A DNA stretch of 63,853 nt, counting the filler, from Globobulimina sp. (lineage: Eukaryota): the NCBI GenBank assembly GCA_003354225.1. It is 30 parts of 30 records of this genome, joined end to end, with 100 filler letters (N's around TTAATTAATTAA, not from the genome) between each part and the next. Parts side by side here need not be neighbours in the genome. Positions count along the whole stretch, not along the records: positions 59,694 to 61,723 come from PIVH01009598.1; positions 61,824 to 63,853 come from PIVH01009599.1; 28 more parts are not named here. One strand, 5' to 3'. The notes beneath the pieces were generated by a model. It made no database searches. It was not told where the DNA came from and saw only the letters and a list, made by a program, of their open reading frames with translations. The position numbers and the translations under genes were made by a program. This document shows, one piece after another, positions 59,709-63,853 of the stretch (position 1 is the first letter of the stretch; each line of letters starts with the position of its first letter).

Positions 59709-61723
59709 ATGAATGTTACAGTTTCACACAGCGTGAGCACTGACTCTCTCTCTCTCCCGGTTCCTACCCTCTGCGTCCCACAAACTACCGCAGCTGACCA
59801 TGATTCAGATCAGTTTGCTAAATTTGTCACATTGACAAACCTTGCAAACCACATCGAAAACAATATACCCACTCCAAACCTACCACAGCTCCCCGCAAAC
59901 GACACACAAACAACAGCAGATCGGTCAGAAAACAGCAATGATTTGTACCGTTCATTTGTTCAACAAATCGAAACTGCGGAATCGAAAACGGTTCCTTCCT
60001 CCGGGGCATCTCCACCACAAGCCACCCCCACACCGTCGCAAACCACAGCACAGGCCGATTTTTTAAGTTACAAACAGTCTTTCTTTAACTCCCTCCACCC
60101 AGACGCTGCTGACCCACCTGCGGCGTTACCGGAAGTAGCTCCCACAACGGAATCTGCAACGGCAGCCACCATCCCTCCCACCAACCAACGTTCCGCAGAA
60201 TTATCCTTTATCCATTACAAAGATACTTTTTTCAGATCCTTGGAGCCCACGCCTCCTCCTCCCAATCCCGCAGAGTTGGCCTTTATCCAATATAAAAACC
60301 ACTATTTCGACTCCATGCTTCCCCCACCAATTACTGCTACGCCGCATCCACCAAATCCACCTCCCCAACAGCCACAGAGTACCGTCCCGAATGTAACGAC
60401 CAGCTCGTTTGATATGGACGCATTTCTCCACAGCCACCACGTGGCGGCGCCGCAGCCCTCCAACCAACAGCTCTTTGACCAATATGTGGCAAAAAATGGA
60501 GACAAATTGGAGGCAGATTACAGCATTTCACAATTTATTGCTGAGAATGATCTCCCTACCACCTCCCCACAACAATTACACGCGGCTGATATGACGAATG
60601 ACATCCCGCCACAGCCGGATCCCTTCGTTTTAAACATTTCCCCCATCAAGAAACAGCAACAAATTGTGCCCACCAATGACAGCCCGATTATTGTCCACGA
60701 TGCGGAGGAAAAGTATGGTTCCCCGCCACCGTTCAGCTCCATCGTTCCAACACTGTCCATATCCAATATCGCCGTCCCAGCTCCTTCTATCCACACATCA
60801 GACAGCTCTTTCCTACCAATTCTCCGTGAATTCGCCAACATTCCCACCCACCTTATCCCCACAAATAAGCCGTTCAATAACCAACAGGATGCGTACCCAA
60901 TCAACGCAAATCTTTCGTGCATTGCACCTTCATCAGAGCCAACCTATGGGTTCTTTAATAACAAGTACTTGTACCTCAGAGCCAGTAAAAAGTACACTTT
61001 TACCCAGAATCTGCATGCACCAAAACACCACGCCACAAATTGGGTACTGCGCAATACAGCGTTCAGCCATTCCAAACTCTCCACTGTCAAAGTCAATTCC
61101 CCTTCTTTTACAGCCTCGGACAATATGTTAAGTATCTTCAGCAGAGGCACAGGCTATGTCTTAACTTGTCCCAACGTGAATTTCCATCAACTCCATGTTG
61201 GCATTTATAAATGGGAGAATTCTGTGCGACTCCGATGGTGGATCCAGAACGTCCACAAAGAGTCCTGTCCGAGATGGCTTCGCAACGCAATAATTTACGG
61301 CATCTTAGGCAACGACACCGAGGATAATTGGAGTGACTTCTATGGCAACTTAGTGGAAGACCGCGACCGCTATAATAAGATCCCACAAACACCAAACAAT
61401 AACATTGAATCATTCATCACTGCGACGAGAACAGAGCTGCTCGAGCAGACCATTTATAATCAAAAGCATAATAAGATATCATTCAATCACACAGACGATG
61501 AAAAAGACGCAGTCCTCGAGCTCATTGAAGACAAAGCCCACAAAATCCTCGACGAAGATAAAGGATCGTCTTTCTCGATCATTTCATCAGCAGTCTACGC
61601 CCGCGATTTCCACAAAACCATCCTAAACAGCAACATGGTTGAAATAAAAGAATACGATATGGATGAACAGAAAGATGACATCTGTTATTTGGTAGATTTT
61701 TGGGCGAGCAAAGGGGAGATACG
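59709..61723 (+). CDS. Hypothetical Pro/Thr-rich protein with repeated amphipathic motifs, intronless, 3' truncated
   Basis: About 670 open codons; three A(D/E)..F..YK..FF.S repeats. Confidence 0.75.
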
Positions 61724-61823
61724 NNNNNNNNNNNNNNNNNNNNNNNNNNNNNNNNNNNNNNNNNNNNTTAATTAATTAANNNNNNNNNNNNNNNNNNNNN
61801 NNNNNNNNNNNNNNNNNNNNNNN

Positions 61824-62327
61824 TATAATATTATAATTTCTTATTTTGCACCAATTAATATGGTTTGCAAGTCTCTGACAAATTTTTGTATTTGTATCTA
61901 ATGCATTTTTTGCTCCTTGATGTCTTAAGTATACTGTACATACAGCTGTCATATTTTTATTTTGACATAATATCCATAAATAATTTGTACTTATTTCATC
62001 ATCCATATCATCAATATCTAATCTAGTAGGTTTCGAATCTACTTTAGCCCATACACTAATCCCTCCTGTTTTATTATCTACTTGCATCTTATGAAAACTT
62101 TCATATCCATGTATTTTATGTGTGTCTAGTACATTTTTGTATCTTGTTTCAACACAACATATAATATCTATATTTATTTCTTTTAAATGTTCATTTATAA
62201 TATCTATTTTAGAATTCATAGATAACACATTGTTATACAATATATCAATATTTTGATCCAAATATAATTTTTTATCTTTGGATCTTTTATCTGCTTTAAA
62301 ACATCTGATTGGTTTATTTGAATTCAT
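61824..62327 (-). mobile_element. Non-LTR retrotransposon ORF2, APE endonuclease domain, truncated
   Basis: LYNNV.SM.SK..IDIICCVET..IHGY..GGISVW..VCTVY. Confidence 0.75.
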
Positions 62328-62396
62328 AGTAATATTATTTATATTTGGATTATTGTGAAAATTAGGTATTGTACTGACCTTTTCTTTCTGTAATTG

Positions 62397-63524
62397 TCAA
62401 CTCAACTCTAAGGTTTCATCTCTTTGTGAATATTGTTGAACTTGATGAGGTAGATGTTGAATACTGGAAATTGGTCTCAGTTGTTTAATCATCTCTGTCA
62501 TCATTTTTAATTCAGTTTTCATTTCTGCATTATCTTTCATTATAATCATATTCTCTGATTTTAATTCAGCATATTGTATAGATAACGCTGCAACATATAA
62601 TAGTATGTTGTTACCCTCTGTCATTTTAGTTTCGGTATCTACATTTTTATTGTTCTCATCCTTATTATCTGGAAGTACCATTTTAGCTAATGGACTTGAT
62701 TGAACTTTTATTTTTGCATCTTTCTCACTAAAGTGTATTTGTTCTACTGATTGTATAGTATTCTCGTCTTGGTCTAAGTTATTATCTGTATTTGAAGTTT
62801 TGAACCTGGAAACAAGTAAATTCTTGTTTTCCACTTCAACAGCTTCAAATTTATCATCTGATTTATTTGATTTTTCTTTAATATCCTTAGTATCTGTCAA
62901 GTCTTGACTGGAAATGAGTAAATTCTCATTTTCCGTCTCGACTTTGTCAGATTTTTGTGATAATCTTGATCTCGATTTATACTTAGTTTTACATAAAGAT
63001 GAATAATCTTTTCGACCATTTTGGTCGTTACTTCTATCTAGAAATTTTAATAAATTACTTGATCTACATACATTTCTATCATTTTCTACTTTACGTCTAT
63101 CTTTAGACTCTGTTTTGCTCATATTATATATACGCATAAATCGATTATTTTGAAATAACATATAATTTTTACATAAAATATTTGATTCTTTACTTACTGT
63201 TTTTGCTTCATCTTTTCGCTCGTTTTGCTGTTTGTGTCCGTCGTCAGCCAAAATTCCACCAATAATTCTAGAAACTTCTTTTTCGTCTTTTAATTTTTGA
63301 AGGTATACACCAACCCAATTATTAATTTTTACCGTCTTATAACCTACAGTCTTACTGTAGTTTTTATTGGTTTCTGTTTTATGTGGATTTTGGTCGTGAC
63401 TAAAGGCCAGCATTTCCGTCCTATTAATTTGACGCTCCAAATTAGTTCTATTTTTAGATTTATTGATATACGATACAATTTTATCTAATATTATATTTGT
63501 ATATGTTATCGTCTTTATCATCAT
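62397..63524 (-). CDS. Putative ORF1 of the same LINE (charged, C-terminal coiled coil)
   Basis: Intronless 375-codon ORF ending 69 bp upstream of the endonuclease ORF on the same strand. Confidence 0.5.
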   Translation of the reverse strand: MMIKTITYTNIILDKIVSYINKSKNRTNLERQINRTEMLAFSHDQNPHKTETNKNYSKTVGYKTVKINNWVGVYLQKLKDEKEVSRIIGGILADDGHKQQNERKDEAKTVSKESNILCKNYMLFQNNRFMRIYNMSKTESKDRRKVENDRNVCRSSNLLKFLDRSNDQNGRKDYSSLCKTKYKSRSRLSQKSDKVETENENLLISSQDLTDTKDIKEKSNKSDDKFEAVEVENKNLLVSRFKTSNTDNNLDQDENTIQSVEQIHFSEKDAKIKVQSSPLAKMVLPDNKDENNKNVDTETKMTEGNNILLYVAALSIQYAELKSENMIIMKDNAEMKTELKMMTEMIKQLRPISSIQHLPHQVQQYSQRDETLELS

Positions 63525-63615
63525 ACTTTTATAGATTTTAAACTGTTTATTTCTTACTATAGGCTTTTCGCAATGTCTAATAAAATTGAAAGCATCTAAA
63601 AAAGAAATAAGGATT

Positions 63616-63853
63616 ATGAAGAAAACATTACCGATAATTATTCTACTTCTGTCAATTAAACTTTCATTTGCACAACAATTTACTGAATTAAAAGGAGACT
63701 ATCTTGGTCAACCACTACCAGTTGACACACCATTAGTTTTTGCTCGTCGAATAATTTCAGACACTTTACAACAGCATAGTGCACCATCGTTTTCTCCTGA
63801 TGGCAACGAAGTATTCTGGCAGACAAATTATCTTGACAGTAATGAAAAATGGC
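63616..63853 (+). CDS. Bacterial (Bacteroidota-like) secreted PD40/TolB-type protein, N-terminus (not in the ORF track)
   Basis: MKKTLPIIILLLSIKLSFAQ signal peptide; YLGQP.P..TP.VFA..IIS..HSAPSFSPDGNEVFW; AAGGA upstream. Confidence 0.75.
   Translation, partial: MKKTLPIIILLLSIKLSFAQQFTELKGDYLGQPLPVDTPLVFARRIISDTLQQHSAPSFSPDGNEVFWQTNYLDSNEKW

Noticed and set aside
2035-61823. Regularly spaced TTAATTAATTAA repeats as a biological array
   Set aside because: Artificial linker embedded in N runs; ORFs ending in X..LIN are artefacts.

Overview
This window is not one locus. It is 30 unrelated contigs of about 2,030-2,034 bp, sorted by length and joined by 29 artificial 100-nt spacers (N44-TTAATTAATTAA-N44), so gene neighbourhood is meaningful only inside a contig. 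Most contigs come from an AT-rich, very gene-dense eukaryote with short GT-AG introns (45-105 nt) and the standard genetic code. The Kelch, PLS-type PPR, ankyrin, BTB-TLDc and XK-like genes suggest a rhizarian, probably a foraminiferan (inference). Genes recognised from family motifs include DXO/Rai1, a MAP2K, RPT3, ATAD2/Yta7, FOPNL/CEP20, Grx5, PHYHD1, SDA1, an Old Yellow Enzyme, a TUTase, FUN14, DUF4246 and a D-aminoacylase. Mixed in are metazoan-like contigs (USP24-like exons with a Tc1-type MITE, a CR1/L2-type LINE, a gypsy integrase) and bacterial fragments fused to eukaryotic sequence, which look like whole-genome-amplification chimeras. The most interesting unexplained signals are non-coding: (1) a recurrent GTGCAAGGAT motif in six independent contigs; (2) seven head-to-head gene pairs only 31-69 bp apart; (3) a perfect T-shaped GC-rich hairpin among tandem repeats and palindromes; (4) a 116-bp MITE ending in the V(D)J RSS heptamer CACAGTG; (5) a palindrome confined to introns and upstream DNA of one gene. 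Two plant-editing-factor-like PLS-PPR genes are also notable. All family calls come from motif recognition by eye; no database search was run.
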